This document shows, in pieces, positions 37,301 to 52,300 of a stretch of DNA of 64,000 nucleotides. This stretch comes from Anthoceros angustus. Its lineage: Eukaryota; Plantae; Anthocerotophyta. How positions within the stretch are numbered: the stretch's first letter is position 1; every line of letters starts with the position of its first letter. Both the position numbers and the translations under genes were made by a program. The stretch lies in contig MU008165.1 of assembly GCA_010909165.1 (NCBI GenBank), positions 2,047,042 to 2,111,041 on the forward strand, written 5' to 3'. Below the pieces are notes generated by a model, which had not been told where the DNA came from, searched no databases, and saw only the letters and a program-made list of their open reading frames with translations.

Positions 37301-40300
37301 TGTGTAGGTGTTCTTATTCAACATTGTCCACTTGTGCTGGAGGTCGTATTCGGTCTCATGTGAAGGTCTCTTTGGAGGGCTTTGTCCTATTTTGGTGTAT
37401 ATTTTCAACAAAACCAGAATTGTTTTGAAAAACCCATAAATATTCATGTAAATTTAATCAGAAAAATGACTTATCTATACAAAAATAGAAGATAGTTATA
37501 TGATAATTATTAAATAAATAACTAAAATAATCAAATTAATTCAAATGATTATTTAATACTTTCTTCTCAATATAAATGAGATGATCTAAATCATCTAGGT
37601 GTACTCGTTGGATAGGGTGGCTCCATCTATAATAGGTGTACTCACTAGATGGGATGGCCCTATCCACCATAGGATAGCGCCAAAGCTACTTGATCCGGAT
37701 GCCTGTGTTCATATATAGCAAGACACCATTGCAATTCAACATACAAGAAAAGCCTTTCATCTTCGTCGTTACTTTGGATTGCATTTTCTCCATCTTGTCG
37801 GAAGCTTTGTTCAATCCACATACGACATTATATCCATCTCTACTCTCCACTCACAATATCTCTTATCATTTTGAATGTCCTCTTGGATGGAAATGAGGTC
37901 ATTCAAATTGATGTGGAAGATGACTTTCGTCTTGAGATGGTAAACCTTTTACGTAATCTCTTCTCTAAAGTGTATTTCACGTCTACATAATGGGCATGTA
38001 CGCGCCCGCACATATGTAACCATGGATCTAAACATTTTTATGATACAAATGAGCACATATATTTATTTTAGTAATCTCCGCCCACCTCAAGACTATCAAG
38101 GCAAAGCGGCAAGTCACTTGAATCATCGGCTTCTTCATTTTGATAAACATTTGTAGATACATTGTAAATTGAAGACGTGTTCATGATTTCTAACATAATA
38201 TTCTGATGTTATGTAGGCTAGTATAACCGTAATGCACGAAGAATAGTAAATGTTATGAGAAAAACCTCTTCAAAAGGTTATGAAAATACCCTCTTTTCTA
38301 AAGTATGTGAAAGAAGCATATACCTTAGCATATATAGGCCATCATTTTGATAATGACCTTGGATTTTGTACATCTAAACTTTGACCTACTTTTGTTTATT
38401 TTAGGCTGTCATTTTCTATTTTGTCCTTGGATTTCGATCATGTTTGGTTTTATTTTGTACTTGATTTGGAGCTTTTGATCCTACATTGGCCATGTTATCG
38501 AGGCTTGGCTGGTTGGATGGTGTCGTTTGAGGTTTACGTTATGAGTCTCAAGCTTTGAGTGGATTGGGAGTTCGGAGGTAGTCGGTGTTTAGGTTCGTGT
38601 GTAGGTGTTCTTATTCAACATTGTCCACTTGTGCTGGAGGTATTCGGTCTCATGTGAAGGTCTCTTTGGAGGGCTTTGTCCTATTTTGGTGTATATTTTC
38701 AACAAAACCAGAATTGTTTTGAAAAACCCATAAATATTCATGTAAATTTAATCAGAAAAATGACTTATCTATACAAAAATAGAAGATAGTTATATGATAA
38801 TTATTAAATAAATAACTAAAATAATCAAATTAATTCAAATGATTATTTAATACTTTCTTCTCAATATAAATGAGATGATCTAAATCATCTAGGTGTACTC
38901 GTTGGAAAGGGTGGCTCCATCTATAATAGGTGTGTACTCACTAGATGGGATGGCCCTATCCACCATAGGATAGTGCCAAAGCTACTTGATCTGGATGCCT
39001 CTGTTCATATAGCAAGACACCATTGCAATTCAACATACAAGAAAAGCCTTTCATCTTCGTCGTTACTTTGGATTGCATTTTCTCCATCTTGTCGGAAGAT
39101 TTGTTCAATCCACATACGACATTATATCCATCTCTACTCTCCACTCACAATATCTCTTATCATTTTGAATGTCCTCTTGGATGGAAATGAGGTCATTCGA
39201 AATTGATGTGGAAGGTGACTTTCGTCTTGAGATGGTAAACCTTTTACGTAATCTCTTCTCTAAAGTGTATTTCACGTCTACATAATGGGCATGTCGTCAC
39301 GCCACACATATGCAACCATGGATCTAAACATTTTTATGATACAAATGAGCACATATATTTATTTTAGTAATCTCGCCCACCTCAAGACTATCAAGGCAAA
39401 GCGGCAAGTCACTTGAATCATCTTCTTCATTTTGATAAACATTTGTAGATACATTGTAAATTGAAGACGTGTTCATGATTTCTAACATAATATTTAGATG
39501 TTATGTAGGCTAGTATATAGTAATGCACGAAGAATAGTAAATGTTATGAGAAAAACCTCTTCAAAAGGTTATGAAAATACCCTCTTTTCTAAAGTATGTG
39601 AAAGAAGCATATACCTTCGCATATATAGGCCATCATTTTGATAATGACCTTGGATTTTGTACATCTAAACTTTGACCTACTTTTGTTTATTTTAGGCTGT
39701 CATTTTCTATTTTGTCCTTGGATTTCGATCATGTTTGGTTTTATTTTGTACTTGATTTGGCCCATGTGTCATTTTTATTTTGTCCTTGGATTTCGCCCAT
39801 GTGAACTCTTTCAAGATATGTTTGAAGAACACGTACATCTCACATAGATGATTTAAAGCGGATATTCTTTTGAAAAGCATATTGTTAAAAAAATTGAATG
39901 ATTTTGTGGAAAAGAAAACAACGATAATCCTAAATCCTAACAAAACTACAACTAATGTTGTGCATGACAACTTCGATTGCATAGCCAAGGATGCTAATAC
40001 ATGGAACTGTAACAAGGCCATGAGGCGGGGCATGAGGTTAGGTGAAAAACCAGGGTAAACCAGGTCTTGAGATGATAAACCACTATTTTGTATTCTCTTC
40101 TCTAAAGTATACTTCACGTCTACATAGTGGGCATGTCGTCACGCCACACATATGCAACCATGGATCAAACATTTTTGTGATACAAATGAGCACATATGTT
40201 TATTTTAGTAATCTCTTCTCTAAAGTGTATTTCACGTCTACATAATGGGCATGTACGCGCCCGCACATATGTAACCATGGATCTAAACATTTTTATGATA

Positions 40301-43300
40301 CAAATGAGCACATATATTTATTTTAGTAATCTCCGCCCACCTCAAGACTATCAAGGCAAAGCGGCAAGTCACTTGAATCATCGGCTTCTTCATTTTGATA
40401 AACATTTGTAGATACATTGTAAATTGAAGGCGTGTTCATGATTTCTAACATAATATTCTGATGTTATGTAGGCTAGTATAGTAATGCACGAAGAATAGTA
40501 AATGTTATGAGAAAAACCTCTTCAAAAGGTTATGAAAATACCCTCTTTTCTAAAGTATGTGAAAGAAGCATATACCTTCGCATATATAGGCCATCATTTT
40601 GATAATGACCTTGGATTTTGTACATCTAAACTTTGACCTACTTTTGTTTATTTTAGGCTGTCATTTTCTATTTTGTCCTTGGATTTCGATCATGTTTGGT
40701 TTTATTTTGTACTTGATTTGGCCCATGTGTCATTTTTATTTTGTCCTTGGATTTCGCCCATGTGAACTCTTTCAAGATATGTTTGAAGAACACGTACATC
40801 TCACATAGGCAGTTAAAGGCGATATTCTTTTGAAAAGCATATTGTTAAAAAAATTGAATGATTTTGTGGAAAAGAAAACAACGATAATCCTAAATCCTAA
40901 CAAAACTACAACTAATGTTGTGCATGACAACTACTGCATAGCCAAGGATGCTAATACATGGGTAACAAGGCCATGAGGCGGGGCATGAGGTTAGGTGAAA
41001 AACCAGGGTAAACCAGGTCTTGAGATGATAAACCACTATTTTGTATTCTCTTCTCTAAAGTATACTTCACGTCTACATAGTGGGCATGTACGTCACGCCA
41101 CACACATATGCAACCATGGATCAAACATTTTTGTGATACAAATGAGCACATATGTTTATTTTAGTAATCTCTTGGCCCACCTCAAGTTTATCAAGGCAAA
41201 GCGGCAAGTCACTTGAATCATCGGCTTCTTCATTTTGATAAACATATGTAGATCCTCTCTATCTCTACTCTCTCAATAGAGTTTCTCATTAAGTAAGTTA
41301 AGTCGTTATAGTCGCTATGAAAATCGTTATGTCTATTCGCACGGATACTAAAATATTCATCTCCTTATTTTATATTTTATTATATTTTTAATAATAAACT
41401 AATTTAAACATCATATAATTAGATTATAATAATAAAATCTTCATGATGATGAGATAAACACGGATGAGCTTCTTACAATCTGCACAAGACTAGATGAAAT
41501 CCTCAATGAAATGCGGAATGAAATGATTGCAACAATAAATGGGATTGACATTATTTACAAAATAAAATCTGAGGAATGTGATTCTCACACATAAGCGAGC
41601 ATTTTCCGCACATAAATGATGTGGTTAGTGATGATGAGGCGAGGCATGGATGAGTGTGGGTCCCTTTTCTACTAAGGTGGGTGATTCTAAATCTTTACCT
41701 AGCTCTTTGTCTATTATAGTCCACTTGATTGAATTTTCCTATAATAGGACTTGGTTCTTAACAACTTGTACTATAGTGTGCCTCAGCTATTCGCACCAAG
41801 GGTATCCACTCCTCTAGACACCCCATCTAAGTATCGATCAAGCACAAGATGCTTAGTAACCACGTTCTTATAAATGTTGTCTATTTGGCTTAAGAAATGG
41901 TGGCATTTCTTCCTCTGAGCTCGTTTTGAAAGTGTCTTTTGTTTAAGCATGGTGGCGATAGCGGAGGAGCTCTCCACCGTGCAATGCTGCCAGACTTGCG
42001 CCTCTACATCACTAAAGAGCGATATGTGACTTGTGTCGTGTGTAGGACCTAGCTACAGGCGTCGTCGCGTTTCCGCCATGGTCTAGGGGCCCTACCATAC
42101 GTGAATGCATGTCCATATGGCCCTTGGTATGCCACTACGAGTGATGGGGAAAAATTGAAATGTGTATGAATTGAGAGTGTAAAACGTCTTGAAAGTCTCA
42201 CGGTGTGAGCACTGAGGTAAGCCTATTAAGGCCCTAGGTTGTGCGATTCACCAATATATCGCTTTCCGGTCTCATGGGGTTAGGAAGAGCCAACTTGCGT
42301 TCTCTTGCAGCCCTTGCGGTAGTGGATTACCACCGGTCGTGACACAAAGCCGAACATTGCGTGAGCGGCATCACATAAAGCCCTCAAGCTTGAGGCAAAC
42401 TGGTTGGTGGAATCCTTTGACGAATGATAGTGAGAAAGAGCTCATACATTTGCTGCCCGTGTGTATGTGTTCCCATACTAACGACTATAACTATATGTTA
42501 CACATGTGCATAGGTATATCTAACAAAGTGGCACCCTCGGGACCTCACATTCAAGTGCAAAAGGCTTGATGTCCTAACCTAAGGCTGGCTTGTCATCGAC
42601 TCATCATTCGCTAAGCTTTCCTTCACGGCTCCCTGTTTGCCTAACAAGCCGGGCACACAAATCCGATCTCTTGATTTAGAAGGTTGCTTCTTGGGAAATG
42701 AAATGCTCTACTAACCGAGTCCTTAGAGGTTTTCGACTTCAGAGGAGGAACTTGCTGCCTCGACTTATGGAATAAAAATTCCAGAAATAGTCCCAATAGT
42801 AGTTCCCATGGGGCTTGTCAACACCAAAGTGTATACCCTCATGTTTGTGCTTGATCATTAGATCCAAGTCTTCCAAGCACCGTCGGGCAATTATTGGGTC
42901 TTCCTCATCCCACACTATTGTTGCGATGTTGAACTTCTTAGGCTCCGAGTCTTCTAACAAGGTCCGTGATCATCCATCCGCCGAAAGTTCGTCCACAAAA
43001 ACATTGCGTCGATCTAATTCTTTAGAGTTTTAAAGTGGTTTATTGACCATAGGCTGGTTTCTTCGTTCTTGAGGTCCAATTCTTAAGAGTTTTAGAGTGA
43101 TTTATTGAGGATAGGTTGATTTCTTCGTTCTTGAGGTCCAATTCTTAAGAGTTTTAAAGTGGTTTAGCGACAATAGGCTGGTTCTTACGTTCTTTGGGGT
43201 CCAATTCTTAAGAGTTTTAAAGTGGTTTAGTGACAATAGGCTGGTTTCACGTTCTTATAAATGTTGTCTATTTGGCTTAAGAAATGGTGGCATTTCTTCC

Positions 43301-46300
43301 TCTGAGCTCGTTTTGAAAGTGTCTTTTGTTTAAGCATGGTGGCGATAGCTGGAGGAGCTCTCCACCGTGCGACAGCTGATCGGGACTTGCGCCTCTACAT
43401 CACTAAAGAGCGGCATATGTGACTTGTATGCATGTGTAGGACCTAGCTACGGCGTCGTGCAGCGTTTCCGCCATGGTCTAGGGGCCCTACCATACGTGAA
43501 TGCATGTCCATATGGCCCTTGAGGTATGCCACTACGAGTGATGGGGAAAAATTGAAATGTGTATGAATTGAGAGTGTAAAAGCGTCTTGAAAGTCTCACG
43601 GTGTGAGCTAGGTAAGCCTATTAAGGCCCTAGGTTGTCGATATTCGACCAATATATCGTTTTCCTGGTCTCATGGGGTTAGGAAGAGCCAACTTGCGTTC
43701 TCTTGCAGCCCTTGCGGTAGTGGATTACCACCGGTCGTGACACAAAGCGAACATTGCGTGAGCGGCATCACATAAAGCCCTCAAGCTTGAGGCAAACTGG
43801 TTGGTGGAATCCTTTGACGAATGATAGTGAGAAAGAGCTCATACATTTTGCCCGTGTGTATGTGTTCCCATACTAACTGCCTATAACTATATGTTACACA
43901 TGTGCATAGGTATATCTAACAAAGTGGCACCCTCGGGACCTCACCACATTCAAGTGCAAAAGGCTTGATGTCCTAACCTAAGGCTGGCTTGTCATCGACT
44001 CATCATTCGCTAAGCTTTCCTTCACGGCTCCTGTTTGCCTAACAAGCCGAGCACACAAATCCGATCTCTTGATTTAGAAGGTTGCTTCTTGGGAAATGAA
44101 ATGCTCTCTACTAGCAGGGTCCTTAGAGGTTTTCGGCTTCACGGAGGAGGAACTTGCCTCGACTTAGTGGAATAAAAATTCAGAAATAGTCCCAATAGTA
44201 GTTCCCATGGGGCTTGTCAACACCAGTGTATACCCTCGTGTTTGTGCTTGATCATTAGATCCAAGTCTTCCAAGCACCGTCGGGCAATTATTGGGTCTTC
44301 CTCATCCCACACTATTGTTGCGATGTTGAACTTCTTAGGCTCGAGTCTTGACAAGGTCCGTGATCATCCATCCGAGTTCGTCCACAAAAACATTGCGTCG
44401 GTCTAATTCTTTAGAGTTTTAAAGTGGTTTATTGACCATAGGCTGGTTCTTACGTTCTTTGGGGTCCAATTCTTAAGAGTTTTAGAGTGATTTATTGAGG
44501 ATAGGTTGATTTCTTCGTTCTTGAGGTCCAATTCTTAAGAGTTTTAAAGTGGTTTAGCGACAATAGGCTGGTTCTTACGTTCTTTGGGGTCCAATTCTTA
44601 AGAGTTTTAAAGTGGTTTAGTGACAATAGGCTGGTTCTTACGTTCTTGGGATTTTGGGGCGCTCTTATCAATGTGCTTTGGTGAGGTGAATCGTGTCATC
44701 CTCATCCAAGCACATTCAAGCGATTAGGTGGCGGTTTAGGCGGCTCATGTATCGTGTATGATTTGGAGCTTTTGATCCTACATTGGCCATGTTATCGCTT
44801 GGCTGGTTGGATGGTGTCGTTTGAGGTTTACCGTTATGAGTCTCAAGCTTTGAGTGGATTGGGAGTTCGGAGGTAGTCGGTGTTTAGGTTCGTGTGTAGG
44901 TGTTCTTATTCAACATTGTCCACTTGTCTGCTGGAGGTGTATTCGGTCTCATGTGAAGGTCTCTTTGGAGGCTTTGTCCTATTTTGGTGTATATTTTCAA
45001 CAAAACCAGAATTGTTTTGAAAAACCCATAAATATTCATGTAAATTTAATCAGAAAAATGACTTATCTATACAAAAATAGAAGATAGTTATATGATAATT
45101 ATTAAATAAATAACTAAAATAATCAAATTAATTCAAATGATTATTTAATACTTTCTTCTCAATATAAATGAGATGATCTAAATCATCTAGGTGTACTCGT
45201 TGGAAAGGGTGGCTCCATCTACAATAGGTGTACTCACTAGATGGGATGGCCCTATCCACCATAGGATAGCGCCAAAGCTACTTGATCCGGATGCCTCTGT
45301 TCATATATAGCAAGACACCATTGCAATTCAACATACAAGAAAAGCCTTTCATCTTCGTCGTTACTTTGGATTGCATTTTCTCCATCTTGTCGGAAGATTT
45401 GTTCAATCCATACGACATTATATCCATCTCTACTCTCCACTCACAATATCTCTTATCATTTGAATGTCCTCTTGGATGGAAATGAGGTCATTCGAAATTG
45501 ATGTGGAAGGTGACTTTCGTCTTGAGATGGTAAACCTTTTGTAATCTCTTCTCTAAAGTGTATTTCACGTCTACATAATGGGCATGTCTGTGACCGCACA
45601 TATGTAACCATGGATCTAAACATTTTTATGATACAAATGAGCACATATATTTATTTTAGTAATCTCGCCCACCTCAAGACTATCAAGGCAAAGACAAGTC
45701 ACTTCATCTTCTTCATTTTGATAAACATTTGTAGATACATTGTAAATTGAAGGCGTGTTCATGATTTCTAACGCAATATTCTGAGATGTTATGTAGGCTA
45801 GTATAACCGTAATGCACGAAGAATAGTAAATGTTATGAGAAAAACCTCTTCAAAAGGTTATGAAAATACCCTCTTTTCTAAAGTATGTGAAAGAAGCATA
45901 TACCTTCATATAGCAAGACACCATTGCAATTCAACATACAAGAAAAGCCTTTCATCTTCGTCGTTACTTTGGATTGCATTTTCTCCATCTTGTCGGAAGA
46001 TTTGTTCAATCCAGCGCATACGACATTATATCCATCTCTACTCTCCCACTCACAATATCTCTTATCATTTGAATGTCCTCTTGGATGGAAATGAGGTCAT
46101 TCGAAATTGATGTGGAAGATGACTTTCGTCTTGAGATGGTAAACCTTTTACGTAATCTCTTCTCTAAAGTGTATTTCACGTCTACATAATGGGCATGTCT
46201 GCGGCGCCCGCACATATGTAACCATGGATCTAAACATTTTTATGATACAAATGAGCACATATATTTATTTTAGTAATCTCGCCCACCTCAAGACTATCAA

Positions 46301-49300
46301 GGCAAAGACAAGTCACTTCAATCATCTTCTTCATTTTGATAAACATTTGTAGATACATTGTAAATTGAAGGCGTGTTCATGATTCTAACGCAATATTCTG
46401 AGATGTTATGTAGGCTAGTATAACCGTAATGCACGAAGAATAGTAAATGTTATGAGAAAAACCTCTTCAAAGGTTATGAAAATACCCTCTTTTCTAAAGT
46501 ATGTGAAAGAAGCATATACCTTGCATATATAGCAAGACACCATTGCAATTCAACATACAAGAAAAGCCTTTCATCTTCGTCGTTACTTTGGATTGCATTT
46601 TCTCCATCTTGTCGGAAGATTTGTTCAATCCAGCGCATACGACATTATATCCATCTCTACTCTCCCACTCACAATATCTCTTATCATTTTGAATGTCCTC
46701 TTGGATGGAAATGAGGTCATTCGAAATTGATGTGGAAGATGACTTTCGTCTTGAGATGGTAAACCTTTTACGTAATCTCTTCTAAAGTGTATTTCACGTC
46801 TACATAATGGGCATGTCGTCACGCCACACATATGCAACCATGGATCTAAACATTTTTATGATACAAATGAGCACATATATTTATTTTAGTAATCTCGCCC
46901 ACCTCAAGACTATCAAGGCAAAGACAAGTCACTTCGAATCATCGGCTTCTTCATTTTGATAAACATTTGTAGATACATTGTAAATTGAAGACGTGTTCAT
47001 GATTCTAACGCAATATTCTGAGATGTTATGTAGGCTAGTATAACCGTAATGCACGAAGAATAGTAAATGTTATGAGAAAAACCTCTTCAAAAGGTTATGA
47101 AAATACCCTCTTTTCTAAAGTATGTGAAAGAAGCATATACCTTGCATATATAGGCCATCATTTTGATAATGACCTTGGATTTTGTACATCTAAAATTTGA
47201 CCTACTTTTGTTTATTTTAGGCTGTCATTTTCTATTTTGTCCTTGGATTTGATCATGTTTGGTTTTATTTTGTACTTGATTTGGCCCATGTGTCATTTTT
47301 ATTTTGTCCTTGGATTTCGCCCATGTGAACTCTTTCAAGATATGTTTGAAGAACACGTACATCTCACATAGGCAGTTAAAGGCGGATATTCTTTTGAAAA
47401 GCATATTGTTAAAAAAATTGAATGATTTTTGTGGAAAGAAAACAACGATAATCCTAAATCCTAACAAAACTACAACTAATGTTGTGCATGACAACTCATT
47501 ACATAGCCAAGGATGCTAATACATGGGGTAACAAGGCCATGAGGCGGGGCATGAGGTTAGGTGAAAAACCAGGGTAAACCAGGTCTTGAGATGATAAACC
47601 ACTATTTGTATTCTCTTCTCTAAAGTATACTTCACGTCTACATAGTGGGCATGTCGTCACGCCACACACATATGCAACCATGGATCAAACATTTTTGTGA
47701 TACAAATGAGCACATATGTTTATTTTAGTAATCTCTTGGCCCACCTCAAGTTTATCAAGGCAAGCTGCAGTCACTTGAATCATCGGCTTCTTCATTTTGA
47801 TAAACATATGTAGATCCTCTATCTCTACTCTCTCAATAGAGTTTCTCATTAAGTAAGTTAAGTCGTTATAGTCGCTATGAAAATCGTTATGTCTATTCAT
47901 ACGGATACTAAATATTCATCTCCTTATTTTATATTTTATTATATTTTTAATAATAAACTAATTTAAACATCATATAATTAGATTATAATAATAAAATCTT
48001 CATGATGATGAGATAAACACGGATGAGCTTCTTACAATCTGCACAAGACTAGATGAAATCCTCAATGAAATGCGGAATGAAATGATTGCAACAATAAATG
48101 GGATTGACATTATTTACGAAATAAATGCTGAGGAATGTGATTCTCACACATAATCGAGCATTTTCCATATAAATGATGTGGTTAGTGATGATGAGGCGAG
48201 GCATGGATGAGTGTGGGTCCCTTTTCTACTAAGGTGGGTGATTCTAAATCTTTACCTAGCTCTTTGTCTATTATAGTCCACTTGATTGAATTTTCCTATA
48301 ATAGGACTTGGTTCTTAACAACTTGTACTATAGTGTGCCTCAGCTATTCGCACCAAGGGTATCCACTCCTCTAGACACCCCATCTAAGTATCGATCAAGC
48401 ACAAGATGCTTAGTAACCACGTTCTTATAAATGTTGTCTATTTGGCTTAAGAAATGGTGGCATTTCTTCCCTCGGGCTCGTTTTGAAAGTGTCTTTTGTT
48501 TAAGCATGGTGGCGATAGCTGGAGGAGCTCTCCACCGTGCCGAACAGCTCACTTGCGCCTCTACATCACTAAAGAGCGATATGTGACTTGTGTGTGTAGG
48601 ACCTAGCTACAGGCGTCGTGCAGCTTTCCGCCATGGTCTAGGGGCCCTACCATACGTGAATGCATGTCCATATGGCCCTTGAGTATGCCACTACAGTGAT
48701 GGGGAAAAATTGAAATGTATGAATTGAGAGTGTAAAAACGTCTTGAAAGTCTCACATGGTGTGAGCACTTGCTATTAAGGCCCTAGGTTGTGCGATTCAC
48801 CAATATATCGCTTTCCTGGTCTCATGGGGTTAGGAAGAGCCAACTTGCGGTTCCTTGCAGCCCTTGCGGTAGTGGATTACCACCGGTCGTGACACAAAGC
48901 GAACATTGTGGTGGCATCACATAAAGCCCTCAAGCTTGAGGCAAAGCGGTTGGTGGAATCCTTTGACGAATGATAGTGAGAAAGAGCTCATACATTTGCT
49001 GCCCGTGTGTATGTGTTCCCATACTACATGTCTATAACTATATGTTACACATGTGCATAGGTATATCTAACAAAGTGGCACCCTCGGGACCTCACCACAT
49101 TCAAGTGCAAAAGGCTTGATGTCCTAACCTAAGGTGGCTTGTCATCGACTCATCATTCGCTAAGCTTTCCTTCACGGCTCCTGTTTGCCTAACAAGCCGT
49201 GCACACAAATCCGTCATCTCTTGATTTAGAAGGTTGCTTCTTGGGAAATGAAATGCTCTCTACTAACCGGAGTCCTTAGAGGTTTTCGACTTCAGAGGAG

Positions 49301-52300
49301 GAACTTGCTTTTCCGCGAATAAAAATTCCAGAAATAGTCCCAATAGTAGTTCCCATGGGGCTTGTCAACACCAGTGTATACCCTCATGTTTGTGCTTGAT
49401 CATTAGATCCAAGTCTTCCAAGCACCGTCGGCAATTATTCTTTGGGGTCTTCCTCATCCCACACTATTGTTGCGATGTTGAACTTCTTAGGCTCCGAGTC
49501 TTCAAGGTCCGTGATCATCCATCCGAGTTCGTCCACAAAAACATTGCGTCGACTAATTCTTTAGAGTTTTAAAGTGGTTTATTGACCATAGGCTGGTTTC
49601 TTCGTTCTTTGGGGTCCAATTCTTAAGAGTTTTAGAGTGATTTATTGAGGATAGGTTGATTTCTTCGTTCTTGGTCCAATTCTTAAGAGTTTTAAAGTGG
49701 TTTAGCGACAATAGGCTGGTTTCTTACGTTCTTTGGGGTCCAATTCTTAAGAGTTTTAAAGTGGTTTAGTGACAATAGGCTGGTTTCTTCGTTCTTTGGG
49801 ATTTTGGAGCTCTTATCAATGTGCTTTGGTGAGGTGAATACGTGTCATCCTCATCCAAGCACATTCAAGCGTTAGGTGGCGATTTAGGCGGCTCATGTAT
49901 CGTGTATGATTTGGAGCTTTTGATCCTACATTGGCCATGTTATCGAGCTTGGCTGGTTGGATGGTGTCGTTTGAGGTTTGCCGTTATGAGTCTCAAGCTT
50001 TGAGTGGATTGGGAGTTGGAGGTAGTCGGTGTTTAGGTTCGTGTGTAGGTGTTCTTATTCAACATTGTCCACTTGTCTGCTGGAGGTCGATTCGGTCTCA
50101 TGTGAAGGTCTCTTTGGAGGGCTTTGTCCTATTTTGGTGTATATTTTCAACAAAACCAGAATTGTTTTGAAAACCCATAAATATTCATGTAAATTTAATC
50201 AGAAAAATGACTTATCTATACAAAAATAGAAGATAGTTATATGATAATTATTAAATAAATAACTAAAATAATCAAAATTAATTCAAATGATTATTTAATA
50301 CTTTCTTCTCAATATAAATGAGATGATCTAAATCATCTAGGTGTACTCGTTGGATAGGGTGGCTCCATCTACAATAGGTGTACTCACTAGATGGGATGGC
50401 CCTATCCACCATAGGATAGCGCCAAAGCTACTTGATCCGGATGCCTGTGTTCATATATAGCAAGACACCATTGCAATTCAACATACAAGAAAAGCCTTTC
50501 ATCTTCGTTACTTTGGATTGCATTTTCTCCATCTTGTCAAGCTTTGTTCAATCCGCATACGACATTATATCCATCTCTACTCTCCCACTCACAATATCTC
50601 TTATCATTTGAATGTCCTCTTGGATGGAAATGAGGTCATTCGAAATTGATGTGGAAGATGACTTCGTCTTGAGATGGTAAACCTTTTCTAATCTCTTCTC
50701 TAAAGTGTATTTCACGTCTACATAATGGGCATGTACGCCACACACATATGCAACCATGGATCTAAACATTTTTATGATACAAATGAGCACATATATTTAT
50801 TTTAGTAATCTCGCCCACCTCAAGACTATCAAGGCAAAGACAAGTCACTTGAATCATCGGCTTCTTCATTTTGATAAACATTTGTAGATACATTGTAAAT
50901 TGAAGACGTGTTCATGATTTCTTACGTTCTTGAGGTCCAATTCTTAAGAGTTTTAAAGTGGTTTATTGACAATAGGCTGGTTTCTTCGTTCTTTGGGGTC
51001 CAATTCTTAAGAGTTTTAAAGTGGTTTAGTGACAATAGGCTGGTTTCTTACGTTCTTTGGGATTTTGGGAGCGCTCTTATCAATGTGCTTTGGTGAGGTG
51101 AATCGTGTCATCCTCATCCAAGCACATTCAAGCGTTAGGTGGCGATTTAGGCGGCTCATGTATCGTGTATGATTTGGAGCTTTTGATCCAACATTGGCCA
51201 TGTTATCGAGCTTGGCTGGTTGGATGGTGTCGTTTGAGGTTTACTTCGTTATGAGTCTCAAGCTTTGAGTGGATTGGGAGTTGGAGGTAGTCGGTGTTTA
51301 GGGTTCGTGTGTAGGTGTTCTTATTCAACATTGTCCACTTGTCTGCTGGAGGTCATGTGAAGGTCTCTTTGGAGGGCTTTGTCCTATTTTGGTGTATATT
51401 TTCAACAAAACCAGAATTGTTTTGAAAACCCATAAATATTCATGTAAATTTAATCAGAAAAATGACTTATCTATACAAAAATAGAAGATAGTTATATGAT
51501 AATTATTAAATAAATAACTAAAATAATCAAAATAATTCAAATGATTATTTAATACTTTCTTCTCAATATAAATGAGATGATCTAAATCATCTAGGTGTAC
51601 TCGTTGGATAGGGTGGCTCCATCTATAATAGGTGTACTCACTAGATGGGATGGCCCTATCCACCATAGGATAGTGCCAAAGCTACTTGATCCGGATGCCT
51701 CTGTTCATATATAGCAAGACACCATTGCAATTCAACATACAAGAAAAGCCTTTCATCTTCGTCGTTACTTTGGATTGCATTTTCTCCATCTTGTCGGAAG
51801 CTTTGTTCAATCCGCATACGACATTATATCCATCTCTACTCTCCACTCACAATATCTCTTATCATTTGAATGTCCTCTTGGATGGAAATGAGGTCATTCA
51901 AATTGATGTGGAAGATGACTTCGTCTTGAGATGGTAAACCTTTTCTAATCTCTTCTCTAAAGTGTATTTCACGTCTACATAATGGGCATGTACGCCACAC
52001 ATATGCAACCATGGATCTAAACATTTTTATGATACAAATGAGCACATATATTTATTTTAGTAATCTCGCCCACCTCAAGACTATCAAGGCAAAGACAAGT
52101 CACTTGAATCATCGGCTTCTTCATTTTGATAAACATTTGTAGATACATTGTAAATTGAAGACGTGTTCATGATTTCTAACAATATTCTGATGTTATGTAG
52201 GCTAGTATAACCGTAATGCACGAAGAATAGTAAATGTTATGAGAAAAACCTCTTCAAAAGGTTATGAAAATACCCTCTTTTCTAAAGTATGTGAAAGAAG

